A stretch of 64,000 nt of DNA, from contig JAUFOQ010000006.1 of the NCBI GenBank assembly GCA_040285855.1, positions 868,001 to 932,000 of the forward strand. The letters run 5' to 3'. The DNA is from Eukaryota sp. GEM-RC1 (Eukaryota). Shown here one piece after another: positions 1 through 12,900 of this stretch. The position numbers and the translations under genes were made by a program. Numbering within the stretch: position 1 is the first letter of the stretch; each line of letters opens with the position of its first letter. The notes below the pieces were generated by a model, which was not told where the DNA came from, searched no databases, and worked only from the letters and a program-made list of their open reading frames with translations.

Positions 1-959
1 CGTACCTTTAAAGTTATATCCCAGATCAACACTTGTAGCTGTAGCATTGAATTTCGTTGACTTTCGATCAACGATATCGAGTTATTAAAATGAAGTTGCT
101 CAAGATGGGTAAAGAACAGCAAAGACTTGTTCAGAAACTCAATGTCGTTATGGCTTTTCCATGAACAACTCCACTACTGAAATTATAGCAAGCTAACAGA
201 GAAACTCTTCATCAATACAGGTGGTTTTAAGACCACCCATCACTTAAGCATAAGACCATACTAGCGGAAGATCTTCCGGATCTACCTGTTTGATTGAAGA
301 AACACTTTGGTTGATGGTAGAGAACATTTGAAGAAATGGTGGTGGTTTACGTGGTCAACATTTCTTCAGAAAGTGAAGAACTTTCTTTGAAGGGATGGCG
401 AGGTTCGTAACGATTCCAATCAAGAGAAGGTTAACAAAGACTTCTCAAGAGAAGTCAAGAGATGATCATGAATGAGAATCAGTATTAAGTCAGTAAAAGA
501 GACGATGACTTGAGAGAAGACCGAGGAGCAGAAGCTACATGGGTACGCATTGGTCGGTCATGGATCTTAAACATCCAGAACTAATCAAAAAAGCATTGCA
601 TGAGTCCTTGAACATCAAGAAATTCGACAAAGAACCTACTCAATTCATATTTCGAGGGGATCGAACTTCCTTAAGGAAAGGAGAAGAGAAAAGATCGCTT
701 AAGTTGACTACTGTTGCGTAGTGAAGGGGGTTTCAGAAAAAGTTAATGATCTTCACGATCTGGATGTGAAGTACATTGTACCAAATGAACCAATATTCTT
801 TTGGCGTTCACAAGTGTCTTTATTGAATCGGACAAGTGATCTAACATATCGAAATGAAATAAATCAGTGCGTACCAAAGATTTGTGCGTGTTGTTGTTAT
901 TTAACAAACAGAACAACTTTTGAAAAGTTGTTCACTCTGTTCTTCCTTTCCACGATACT

Positions 960-1610
960 ATGAGTATTGAACAGTATCGTGAAGATCTACTCAGTGAGAT
1001 GTCTTTAGTGGAGGAGCCTCACCCAGAACAGGGAAGAGGAAAGTGGTGATTTATTCACACCACCTCCAAGAAAGTCTAGTAGACACGGCCAAAGCAGTCA
1101 AGATGAATTAAAGATGTACGAAGCAGAGATTGTGTTGTCCCAATCCCAAGATCCCTTGGTATACTGGAACATGAATCAAGCCAGATATCCAAAACGGGCA
1201 AAACTGGCCAGACACTATTTGGCAGTACAAGCTACAAGTGTTCCATGTGAACAATTGTTCTCTTCAGCCGGCAGAACTCACTCAACTAAACGTGCTAGTT
1301 TGTGTGATGAAAGTGTAAAAGCACTAGTGAGTTTGAAGGCTTGGCAAAAACATTTTCATGTTGAAGTTGATGATTTGTTAGGATTGTAGTTACATGTATA
1401 CTAGTACATGTATATGTGTGGAGACTTAGTTGTATTAATAAAAATATTTAGGTTCGAAACTTATTGAACCGGTTTAGGTTCAGGTTCAGTTAGGTTACAG
1501 TATTACAGGTTCAGGTTCAGTTAGGTTCACAAAGTCAAGTTTCAGGTTCAGTTAGGTTCACAAAGTCAAGTTTCAATTTCCGAACCTGAACCTGAACCTG
1601 GACAGTCCTA
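960..1610 (+). mobile_element. 3' part of a hAT DNA transposon (dimerisation domain plus right end)
   Basis: ORF 1114-1389 contains DPLVYW...YPKRAKLARHYLAVQATSVPCEQLFSSAG (hAT C-terminal motif). GGTTCA/TGAACC subterminal repeats at 1478-1600. Terminus CAGTCCTA (reverse complement TAGGACTG). Left boundary approximate. Confidence 0.85.
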
Positions 1611-1621
1611 AACTTTTCTAA

Positions 1622-2309
<688 letters not shown>

Positions 2310-2400
2310 TAAATTGTTTGTAATTATTTTAAAAACTGGAAAAACCTTTAATTAGAAAGTTGAATACAGTTGTTGTATTGGATTCTTAAATGTTTGTTAA

Positions 2401-3351
2401 GAAAACGGGGTTTATGATCAGTCAGTGAAATAAATGCATTTGCAGAAGTTAATAACTAACAGACACTAACTTAAGTATCTAAACTATGATCCTTCTGTCC
2501 ATCACCGAACAACTTACCTAAAATTGAATTAAAATATCTGTGCATTGAGCGAAACAACGCAAACGTTAACCTACTCAACCAAAAATTTTCATTGAAAGCT
2601 TTACCATACTCAGAACACAATTTACAAAAGGAAGTTAAAAAACCTTGTGCAGCTGGTCCAATATTACCGTATATCGACATCGCAAAAGGTTGAAACACAA
2701 AAGAATTGTACCTGTCAACATTCACCTGGTTAATTAAGTGACAATACCTTGTATTTTTTCCTTTTTCAGCCACTTCAAACATTTTGGAAATTAATCTTGA
2801 ATTACAAGGATCAACAGTCGTGAAATCCATAACAATTTCCTGACAAGATAACCAAGGACCAATCAAATCACCACGACTTCTATCAACTTTTGGCTGATCA
2901 GAAAGATTAGCAAGTAAAGGTTCAATTTTTTCATGAAAACCATTAGCTTTAAACATATCCAAACATGTATCCCGGATACTGTTGTGGATTATTGATCGAA
3001 AATGAATAAATTGATGGCAGTTAACTAAATGATGAAAATTTGAAGCCTTTGAACGACCACAAAGACATGGAGAATGCTTCAAAAGACCTGAAGGCCATAA
3101 ACCTAACCTAAGTCTCATGTTTATAAGCCATTCATGATCCCCAAGATTAAAACAAAATTTTCTTGGCAAACGAGAAACAAATGAAGACGCAGCGCTTGAC
3201 GAAATATCATTCAAAAATGCACAAAAAGCGGGACTCTTAGTCTTAGCCAAGCTAATACGGTTTTTAAAGTCCAAGCTTTCGTGAAACAAAACAAACTTCT
3301 TCTGTAACTTGCGAACACACAAAGGCAAAGAGAAAATGCTTCTCTGCTGAA
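2401..3351 (-). mobile_element. 5'-truncated non-LTR retrotransposon with CCHC knuckle and restriction-like endonuclease (R2/CRE/NeSL-type)
   Basis: ORF 2471-3328 has CLCG...HHLVNC and RGDLI...MDFTTVDP...AEKGKNTRY. TSD TTTGTTAA at 2393-2400 and 3352-3359. The other arm shows the empty site at ~52589-52596. Confidence 0.85.
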
Positions 3352-3359
3352 TTTGTTAA

Positions 3360-3780
3360 ATAGTTGTTACAGTTGTTTTGTATCCATAGATCATATAAAA
3401 GAGGGAATCTTCATGCTCCATGGCTTAAATCGAGTCAGTCATTAATTGATTTTTTCACAGTAATTGTTTGTAACAAATCTTGCGTTGGTAGCATATTAGA
3501 TTCTTGCTTTAATCCGTCAACACCTGCTAAAAAGCTCAAGCATTCCAAGTATGACTCTCAAGTAGAAGAATTCAATCGAAAATCATACCCCAAATTTCTC
3601 TTCTTGGATCGATTAGTGTTGTAAGTGATCAATTTTTCAAGGATGTTGAAGAACTTTGTAAAGAAAAGAAGCGTAAGTTTAGAATTTCTGAATGGAGAAA
3701 CCGTATTTTGTTTTCCATACAACGGAATATGCATTTCTATTCATCTCGATTAGTTGAGAAATTGTACAAGTTTGGTCAGA
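3360..3780 (+). pseudogene. Older degenerate RLE-type LINE fragment (copy at ~52180-52590, minus strand)
   Basis: IDFFTVIVCN...PAKKLKHSKYDSQVEEFNRKSYPKF parallels the RLE region of the 2401-3351 element; it contains stops and frameshifts. Confidence 0.5.
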
Positions 3781-4949
3781 AAGTTAATATTGAAAAACTT
3801 AATCTTTGCCGGATAGTAATGAAGTCGTTTGGATTTAGTCTTAGTATGATTTGTTTGTCTATGCAGGTTCATAGTTTTATAGGAAGGTTACATTATTGGG
3901 TACCGAATGAAGTAGTAAAGCTAAGTCAAACTGTTAGGGAAATAGATTTGTAGCATAAGTGTATCTAATCAGGCAATTGCATCAAGATTTCTAGATAGGG
4001 CATCACTCAAAATATTCATTATTACAGAACAAAATTGCTGTAAATGTTTAATAACCTTTATTTTTTGTGTACACAATTCATGTAAAAAATTGGTTTTTGT
4101 ACGAAGTTCGCTTATGAACTGCCTAAATTATTGTAGAACTAACTTTAAATTGACACTCACATAAATAAGGGCCAGATGGATAGAAACGTTAGTTAACTAA
4201 GAGTAAATGACCTGCCTGAGCGAAACTGTGTTAAATGCGTGACGATCATGTTTTCCAATCCTCTTACTACCGTCAATAATAACTCATGTTTGCTTATAAG
4301 TACTGAAAATGAACTAGGATACGGTGTTCAATTCATATTTAAATTAACAATTCAACATTCAACGGAAGTGTAATCGAAACTGCAATCAATCGAATATTGA
4401 TCGAATTCATCTCCTACAAGGATCCACCATTTACACTAAATAAAACAACTTCAGTATTCACATACCTTGCTGTTGCTCAATATTGCCCAAAAACAGAAAT
4501 GGTTTCAAATAGCTTCCAAGACTGTCCTATGAACGATTTTACAAACAACATATGTAAGTGTCAATACGACAGCGTTGAGTAGATATTACATGTTGTCACT
4601 TTGTCTGACTAATGAAACCATGAATGTTCAGCAAAGAATCTTTCCTAAAGATTCTTAGGAAAAAACTAAAGTATCGCAAAAAATATTTTTTGCTTTCAAG
4701 AATGCCCATAGTTCGAAAATCGTCCGGCAAGTTCGGTAACATACACCATACGGGCACGTGTGGAATACGTGCGGCTTCCTTTTGCCGTATTCCAACTTAT
4801 TTTTTTGATATTCTTTTCTGTTAAATAGCACCTATTTTGGATTATAAAATACTCTTGATGAAACAAGGACTACAACTCTTCATTAAGGTAGGGATTCACA
4901 ACAATGTGGTCTTCTGGTTCATCTTCAATAATGTCATGGGCCTCATCTT

Positions 4950-5560
4950 GAGGCTCAGCTATAAAGTGGTCAATTACCCCGGGGATCACAAAATCTTTTT
5001 CAGCGATTTTTGATAATCTGGTACTTCAGTCTTTGCTTGGCGTAAAGAAGAACCAAATCATACAGTAGTGAAGCTTTCGTCCTATCACTTTTCTTGGTTT
5101 TAATGATGGAAATTGGAGTGCACACTCCCATTTCTCTTGGAATCACTAATAGAAGCTGATTGATCTACAATTTTAGTTTGCTACTGAACGAAGAATACCG
5201 TCTCGTGATCCATTTTTTTCCACCAAGATTTGGGTGAATTTTTCTTCATTTCTCGCCATGATGATTGTTTTTTTTTGAAAAAGCTACGTTTGTTCTCGTA
5301 ATCAAAAAACTCATTTAAAGCATCACTGCAATGTTCTGGTCAGATTATCATTGAAACGTTTTCAAGAGCGATGGTTTCCCGATCACCAAGTCTTGGAAGT
5401 TGGTGGTGAAATTCAGGATACAGCATACATGCTGCAATACGCTATTCAGTGATCATTTCCGAGCATCGTCGGGTAATATCGACCATTAAGATACTGGTTT
5501 GATCGTTGGTCAAAAAGTTCAACCAATGAGAAGTCGATTAACAAATTCACAAATGAAATG
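4950..5560 (-). pseudogene. Degenerate hAT transposase C-terminus (copy at ~50450-51050, plus strand)
   Basis: Manual translation across frameshifts gives IAACMLYPEF...ALNEFFDYENKR...SPKSWWKKNG...ILRSVA...DQSASISDSKRN, matching the hAT WW/ERNWS motifs. Confidence 0.6.
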
Positions 5561-6110
5561 TTTTCCGCTCTCTAAAAAAAGCAGATTTACAAAGAATTGA
5601 CTATTTGCTAAATCCAATACCACCAAAATGAATCCTATGTTTATTGATTCAACGTTGAATCAACTTCTAACAATGAAGCGGAAAAAATTAATCCTCAACT
5701 CGTTAAAAGACCTACAAAAATTCAGAGCGATTGAAGGAGCTGTAGATCTCAAACGATGTGTGAATTGTCCGAAGTAGCAAATTTTCAAAGTATAAAACTT
5801 GTTTTTCAATGTCATATGAAGAAATTGTGTTGAGTTCTGAACCAATTTTTTCCAAACAATTAGATTATTCTTGAGAAATTTTAGGAACGTTCCCAAGCCA
5901 ACATTCTTGAAAATGGGAAGTGTCTTCAACATTACTTGTAAATGGAATATGATCGCCGGTAATAATGATTTCTGTTCTTTTTCTCATCACTGAGGCACTA
6001 AATTTGCTACACCTCGTGTTTGTGCCCAACAAGAATCTACCTCTAGGCCCATCCCTATCTTTCAAGTCTCTAGTAGCGATTGTCTCTTTGAATTTGATAC
6101 TACTGTCATA

Positions 6111-7586
6111 ATGGAATCTGCTAATCGAAGAAGAGGTTCGTCTTCTCATGATGCCCTTTATTATTCTGATTCTTCAGATGATTCATCAAATACGTTCAAC
6201 AATAATCTTTACATGCGATTCTCTCCTTTCTTTAATGATCATTGCCCTTTCAAATCGATATTTGGAGAAGTTTTGGGTTGTATGTTCGCCTACATTTCGC
6301 TTTCCACCACATCTCTTCTACCGCTTTGTTTCATATCTGTTGTTGCATTCGTAGAATTCTTTCTTGTTACTACTTTTCAAAATGCTTCCGATGCTACGTA
6401 TGTGTTTTTACACGTTTTCAGCTGTGCAACTTGCTTACTAATGTCATCTTACAATCTCGAATTTTTCGTTAGTCTTGCTAACCTGAAACCTATACGAACG
6501 AAAGTCAATGGATTGCGGTGTTTGAAATTAACAAATGCTATCTTAAGTTACAATTGGGATAACGTGGCTAAAATAGATGTAGAACGCTTTCAAACAACTC
6601 TGCAAAAACAGCTCAAACAATCTCTGCCCACTTATCATGACCCACTGTTGAATATAATGCAAAGTGAAGCTTCTCCAACGGCCAAAGCAGAATGGAACTT
6701 GGCATTTGGTCTGAGTATGCTGTTGATTGGTGTTATGTTCATTCCTGTCAGGATTTCTTCGATATCTGGTGTGTTTTTTTCATCCCACAATCCTCTCAGA
6801 TATTTAGAGCTTCCTTTATTTGTATGTTTATTCAATTTTCTAAACAAAACTTTGTTATATCAGTGTACCTCTAAAGTATCTGCTCCTGAGAGAGATTCTA
6901 ACAGATTATGGTTTCTTTTTTTGTTCAAACTGGGTTTCTTTTCTGTTCCTATACTGGTTTTATCTGTTTATTCAAGTTGTTTTTCAATTGATTTTGGTTT
7001 TTATATTCCCATATTATTATTTTTTACATTCTTTTTTGATGTTTTCCCTTTCATTTGGTACTCTCTTAGATCTTTTGAAGAACGATCATTTGAAAAGCCT
7101 TTGTTTGACTTACCTCTGAGTCAAGCTAATGTCTTTTACTATTATGTTTTGAGTTTCACTGGTCAATTCTATGTTCCGACGTTTGGTTTAGTTTCACTTC
7201 CTGTAGTATATCTTTATGGTAGATCTTTGTCTTACAGTTTAAGAAAGTGTACACGTTTACCTTCAGTTACTTACAATTTGGACCAAAATTGTTTTCTCAC
7301 TTGCGGTCTAATTTCTTCTTTCTATTTATTCATTTTTTTCTTTTCATCATTGGTTGTCAAGTTTTCATGTGGTACTTTTGAAGATAAAAGGTTGATGAAC
7401 GTGAGCATGTTTACGTCCCCAATGTTTTTGGTTTTGTGTATCCTCTTCTGGGCGTGTTGTTCTCTTATTTTCCTTAACAGGAATATATATAGTACATTGA
7501 AAAGATTGGTGAAGTTTCAGGACAGGTCTACTTCTTTGTTATATCAATTGTCTAAGAATAATTGTTGTAATTTACTTGGAGTTTGA
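6111..7586 (+). CDS. Multi-pass membrane protein, probably TMC (transmembrane channel-like) family
   Basis: 491-aa hydrophobic ORF. SYNWD, FDLPLSQANVFYYYVLSFTGQFYVP...SLRKCTRLP and FSCGTF resemble TMC motifs (SWDF, FDIxxNVLxLIYxQ...GxFFxP, SCGPF). Confidence 0.55.
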   Translation: MESANRRRGSSSHDALYYSDSSDDSSNTFNNNLYMRFSPFFNDHCPFKSIFGEVLGCMFAYISLSTTSLLPLCFISVVAFVEFFLVTTFQNASDATYVFLHVFSCATCLLMSSYNLEFFVSLANLKPIRTKVNGLRCLKLTNAILSYNWDNVAKIDVERFQTTLQKQLKQSLPTYHDPLLNIMQSEASPTAKAEWNLAFGLSMLLIGVMFIPVRISSISGVFFSSHNPLRYLELPLFVCLFNFLNKTLLYQCTSKVSAPERDSNRLWFLFLFKLGFFSVPILVLSVYSSCFSIDFGFYIPILLFFTFFFDVFPFIWYSLRSFEERSFEKPLFDLPLSQANVFYYYVLSFTGQFYVPTFGLVSLPVVYLYGRSLSYSLRKCTRLPSVTYNLDQNCFLTCGLISSFYLFIFFFSSLVVKFSCGTFEDKRLMNVSMFTSPMFLVLCILFWACCSLIFLNRNIYSTLKRLVKFQDRSTSLLYQLSKNNCCNLLGV

Positions 7587-8997
7587 TCAACAAATGAGCT
7601 TCCTTTTCATAATTACAATACCATTTGTACTCGATTGGACCTCCAAGCCGAAGGATGGGTGTTGTTGTACTTTTCCCTTTTAACATTCTTGGATTGACAC
7701 ATAAAGCACGACTTTATACTACACTGTTGTCTTAATGTGACAGGTGTTGTTTCAGGTATGTATTTTGTGGCCGCTTGCCTCTTTCCCAAAGAAGTGACAA
7801 AAAGAAAAAGTTGTTCCTCAGCAGCTCTCTCGTAGTAATACCGTACAGCCAAAAATGCCATTTGTAAATAAGATCTTGCTCATGTTTTTGAGTAAGTTGT
7901 TTGTCCTCTTTAGGTCTTCACCCGTTGGTAAATTTTAACACTAGTGTTGTACCATGATAGCCACAACTGATACGCTGCCATAAATGTATGGCGTTTTCTG
8001 GTTATGGTCTTGTGGCCACGGCGTTTTAACACGCGTTGTTTTTCTAACAAAGACACTGATACTACACTAATCATGGTAATTAGTCTGTATTGGGAAATTA
8101 GTCTCAAATTGTTATTAGTCTCGTTCAGACTAATTTCCACTCAATTATTACTGAACCGAGTCAGTTCATGACACAAAAGCTGAAGCTGCTCCAAGTCTTT
8201 TCATGGAATTTGCAAAAGTAATGTCAGAGTGGACTTTATCAGAATGACACAGCACATCACTAACATTTCGGTACTGCCTAACCCAAACAACGTGCTTCGA
8301 ACATGTTTTTACCTTTGAAACAGTCTGACGAGTGTACAATATGCTCTCGTGATTGGTTAAAGATGATCATAAAAAGTGCGGATGTTTGGATAGATGTTTC
8401 ATAAATACCTTCATAAATATCGTTTTCACACCATGAAAAACATGTCATGGTACATGAACTTGCTCAAATATGAGAAGTAACTTGTTAAAGCAAACTCTTA
8501 GGAATGAATTCAGGAGGTATAGATCAGGTCCATAACTGGAACTGTGTCTAATAGAAAAAGATTTCACACGCAGAAATCGATAAACGAATTCGGATAAAAA
8601 TTCGGTCACGGATTCTCAAGTGCTGTGAAGACTGGAATGACGATTCCACTCTTCACGGAAATCCAGAGAGTGCTTTCAACTACACCATATGCGATTTTTA
8701 TGTTCGAAATGGACATTTTTAGCTGATGGATGGATATGTGATGATGTTTGGTTGAAAACAAACATTGTGTGTCTTTCTTTGTGTTCCATTTAGATTTTCA
8801 ACAATAGATTTTGCAACCCTGGTTGAAACTCCTCTTCAGTTTTCCCTCGTAATCGAAAAACACCGATACAGATGACGTCATGCAAAATTCGGCAGAATTT
8901 ATAGAAATAATATGAGAATAACACACAAAAATACAAATACAATACACATCAATAAAAAAGCATACAAAAACCAATGGGACAATAGCTACACCGTACC

Positions 8998-9813
8998 TCA
9001 AGTTGACTGATACAACTGAAGAAAACCCCTTCCTAAACCAAACAGAGTTCCCACAATCTCATTGAGATCAAGAGAGTATGCGGCACGGAGCTTAAAAAAG
9101 ACTGCTGACGTCAGCAAAGAATCTGAACCAGCTTGATGCGTAGGACCAACTCTTACCACTGAGAGCTCGTCAGCCAACCTGTTTAGACCAAACTGAGGGA
9201 AGGACAGCTCTTGCATCATCCATTTGACATCATAGATTCCAGGGAAGTACCGCCTCAGGGTGGTAAAGAACTCCTTCTCGCTCTTTGGGATCTTCTTCCC
9301 AATGAGAACCTTCAGGAGATAGGCGAAATCATAGCAAGAATGGAAGGCAATCCATCTGACGTCCTCATTGATCACAAGGCCTGACTCTAGAAGAAAGGCA
9401 CCAAACTCATCCACTGAAATGCCATGTGTCCTATGCTTTTGAAAGTCAATGCCAGCAGTTACAAGAAGCTTGATAGATTCTTCATGGTACATGTCAGTGT
9501 CTAAATCAAAGTGGAAGTTGAATTGCCATGTACAGGGGCCAGATTCAGGAAGATTGCCATTCTCATCACTGAAGGTCAGTCCAAGTTGGATAATTTTGAG
9601 TTTATTGACATTCCCTTCGAGAAGGTCGTATTGGTATTTGCGCATTTGCTCATGGTCGTCTTCAATGTGACGGTCAGGACGTACTACAACACCAGGAAAC
9701 TCTGTATCCATAGCAACATAAGGATAACGGTGAATGATGTTGCAGATATGGTCCATTTCTTGTTCTAGGTTGTCCGTCCAGACATCCTGGATGATTACTT
9801 CATAAGGTTTCAT
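8998..9813 (-). CDS. CAF1: CCR4-NOT deadenylase subunit CAF1/POP2 (CNOT7/8)
   Basis: YVAMDTEFPG, IIQLGLTFSDENGN, TWQFNF, FHSCYDF, IYDVK and HQAGSDSLLT: DEDD motifs intact. Confidence 0.97.
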   Translation of the reverse strand: MKPYEVIIQDVWTDNLEQEMDHICNIIHRYPYVAMDTEFPGVVVRPDRHIEDDHEQMRKYQYDLLEGNVNKLKIIQLGLTFSDENGNLPESGPCTWQFNFHFDLDTDMYHEESIKLLVTAGIDFQKHRTHGISVDEFGAFLLESGLVINEDVRWIAFHSCYDFAYLLKVLIGKKIPKSEKEFFTTLRRYFPGIYDVKWMMQELSFPQFGLNRLADELSVVRVGPTHQAGSDSLLTSAVFFKLRAAYSLDLNEIVGTLFGLGRGFLQLYQST

Positions 9814-9906
9814 AAGAGTGTAAAAGAGAAGATTTGGGTCAAGTGAGAAGGATTCTTGGTTTCAGAATTTCAAAGACAAACTTGAAGATCATCCAGTACT
9901 TGACAT
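9814..9906. promoter_or_regulatory. 93-bp divergent intergenic region, probable bidirectional promoter of CAF1 and CFAP43-like
   Basis: Head-to-head start codons at 9813 (-) and 9907 (+). No motif identified. Confidence 0.45.
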
Positions 9907-12900
9907 ATGGACAACTCTCCTATAACGTCTGCGGATAGTCTATCCTTTGGTATCTCATGTAGAGACGTTTTTCCTGTTAATGATCATATTTTGTACTCCA
10001 CCGCCAATCATCTCTTACTACGGTCTTCTACGGATTACACTACCCACCGAATATATACAACAGATTCTGGTGCTATTTCCCATGTAACATACACATCAGT
10101 TTCTAATTTTATTGCAATATCAGAACATGCGCTTCAAGATTCCATACATCTTCTACTACTCGATAATCAATCAGCTGAATGCCTGCATCATTTCCCCATC
10201 CACTCCTCCTCCAATGTCTCATCACTCTCATTTTCTTCTGATGGAGATCTCCTCTTTGTTCTCACATGCCGTCCAGATGCCCAAATCCTAGTTTACAGCG
10301 TCTGCTCTGGCTCTCTCCTCACCACTTTCTCTCTCCCCAACGTCCTTCTCCCAGACTCCACATCCTTCAGCATCTCCAACTTCATCAACAACGCCATCGC
10401 TATCAACCCATCGAACCCCTTTCTCTTCTCACTGTCATCTCTTAAGTCAGTCCGTCTGTTTAAGTTCTTCAATGGTGTCAACAATCATTGGATAAAGCCT
10501 TTTCATACAGACAAACCTTCAAACATGTTTCCTGCGTGTTCTTGTTGGATCACGTCATCGTTGTTGTTGATTGGGTGTAAGAAAGGCAAGATTCTATTCT
10601 TTAATGTGGAGAAAGCAGCCTTTGGTGAAGCTGAAGTTGAACTAATGGAAGGTGAGTATGTCACGTGTTTTGAACGTGTTGATGACGCGATTATGGCGGG
10701 TACTAGTAGTGGACGAGTTGGGCAACTGTTTGTTGGAGACCTCGGATCAATCGAATTTGATTGGTTCCATGAGTGTAAGTCGATGGTAACATCAATCAAA
10801 GGAAGTCAATCAAGGTTTACAGTGATTGATCTACGTGGTTCTTTGGCTTTATTTAAAATGGGTCAACATTCCGAAAAAGAGCTCGAATTTGAAAGTTTTG
10901 GATATTGTTTGAGCGGAACTTCTATGGTTGTTGGTGATTTCTTCGCTGGAGTTGTTTTTTCCCAAAATGAACGACAAGAAATTTCTCGAATTCAATCAAA
11001 TTCTAAAATTTCAATGATACTTGATGAGTGTTTTACTATTGACACGTTCTCGACCCTCAGATTGACTTGGTTTGATACCTTCTCCAATCAATGGATATCA
11101 CGTGGAACACTTGCCCTAAAGGACGAAATCATTTGTGCGGTCAAAATCAGCCAATCAGACTTCTTAATTGGATGTAAATCAGGTGTAATCTATCACGGTC
11201 AAGTAGACAATAATTTCTCACTCACGATAATCAACGAGTGGAAACTTGCCGCAATCCCAGTAACCATACTTACAGTATCTCATTCTCGAGGATACCTTGC
11301 CGCTCTTTTTTCCAATGGTTTTAAACATCAGTTGCACTTTTTTAATTTAGATTTTGATCGAATGGAGTTGTTACAGTTTGTTGGCAGGTATGAACTCGAT
11401 TGTGAGCCAGTTTCTTTTGACTTTTCAAGAAAGATCGGTGATGATAACGTTTTGATTGTGTGTTTATCTAATGGTGATGTGATTCGATTGATTGTCCCTG
11501 GATATACTCCTCAGCTCTCTAGCATTATTGATGAGGCAAGTGAACGTCAGCATTTTGATCTAATCGCCACTCAACTCAATCAATCTACGATTCATTTACT
11601 ATATCCTCCTACTTTTGTTCTTTCAACTGGCAGGTCCACTCGTAATGGGTATAATGATCTCTTATTGATTGCTACTGGTGATGGTGGAGTTGATTGCTAT
11701 GAAACGCCAATCAAAATGATGGTCGATTCTGATAGTTTAACTACAAAGTCGTGGAGTTTGATTAAAGATGATAATTGCTGTGTTTGTTATATGAAGATTT
11801 TTGAGCCGTATTTGGTCACTGTTAAGTTTAATGGGCGATGTGAAATATTTAAAATTGATCGTGATTTTAAATCGTGTGAGAAAGTAACTCAACACGATTG
11901 TTTCAATTTAAATTTTGCAAATCCCCCAGAGTTTCTCTATTTATCTGAGTGGTTCAGCCTTACGTTTGCCTTTTCATTGTGTGGAAATTTAAGTTTTTTC
12001 AAATTACCACCAAATTTAAATATTCCTAAGCCAAATTTTACAGAGACGCCGCGTTTCTCTGGAGTTATTCCCACTCAAACGCCTTATACCAAACTCACCT
12101 TCGGTCAGTCCATTATTAATCGTAATCAATCAAATTTGATGGAAAAAATCGAAAGTAACAAATCCAAAACCAGAAAAGAACTAGAGCAGTTCAGAAAAAG
12201 ATTTCAACTTCTTTTGGATGAAAATCAATCACTTGATCCCGACTTCCAATTAGATGCAGAAGAGTTCATTGTAGATCAAAATCACGCTGACGAGTTAAAA
12301 TCATTGCGAGATTCACGATCACAATTCATTAGAAAAGAGATTGAGAAACAATTGCTGACTGACAAATTGTTGTTTTCTAGAATCAAGTTCAAATATCATG
12401 ATGTTTTTGACCCCTGCTTGGAGTTTTTGAGCAGTTTCCCTTCAATAGGGATCAATTTCTCAAACTTTCCTATTCTGAAGTCAGAGAGCTCTCTGATTGA
12501 CTACAATGCTATTAAATCACATAAGAAATCTTTTGGAGAATCAAAACGTCAATCACCTTCCTTTTTTGAAAAATTATGGAATATTTCAAATGTTGATTCT
12601 ATTGCCTATCTGTTTCCTCAACACATGCTGACCTCCCCTGAGTTAATTCACATTCAAACCCAGCTTCTCCTTGACATTAGCCTGTGTTGCCGCCAAAATT
12701 TTAATTCTCTGTTTTCTAATTTATTCAAAGAAAAACGCAAAATCATTGGAATTTTATCCGGTTATATTGATCGTCTTAATGAAATCACGCGAGATTCATG
12801 CTGTACACTTTCTACTTTTGTCACTCAAAGCGATCTTGATTTCCTGTCACTCTTACAACAGAATTCTCTTGAAATCACCGACTCCAACGACCTCCTCCAA

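Noticed and set aside
7613..8720. Possible tyrosine-recombinase (Crypton-like) relic on the minus strand
   Set aside because: Only vague motifs (HKT, LFLFVTSLG, TPVTLR, AWRS) amid many stops; the catalytic residues cannot be assigned.
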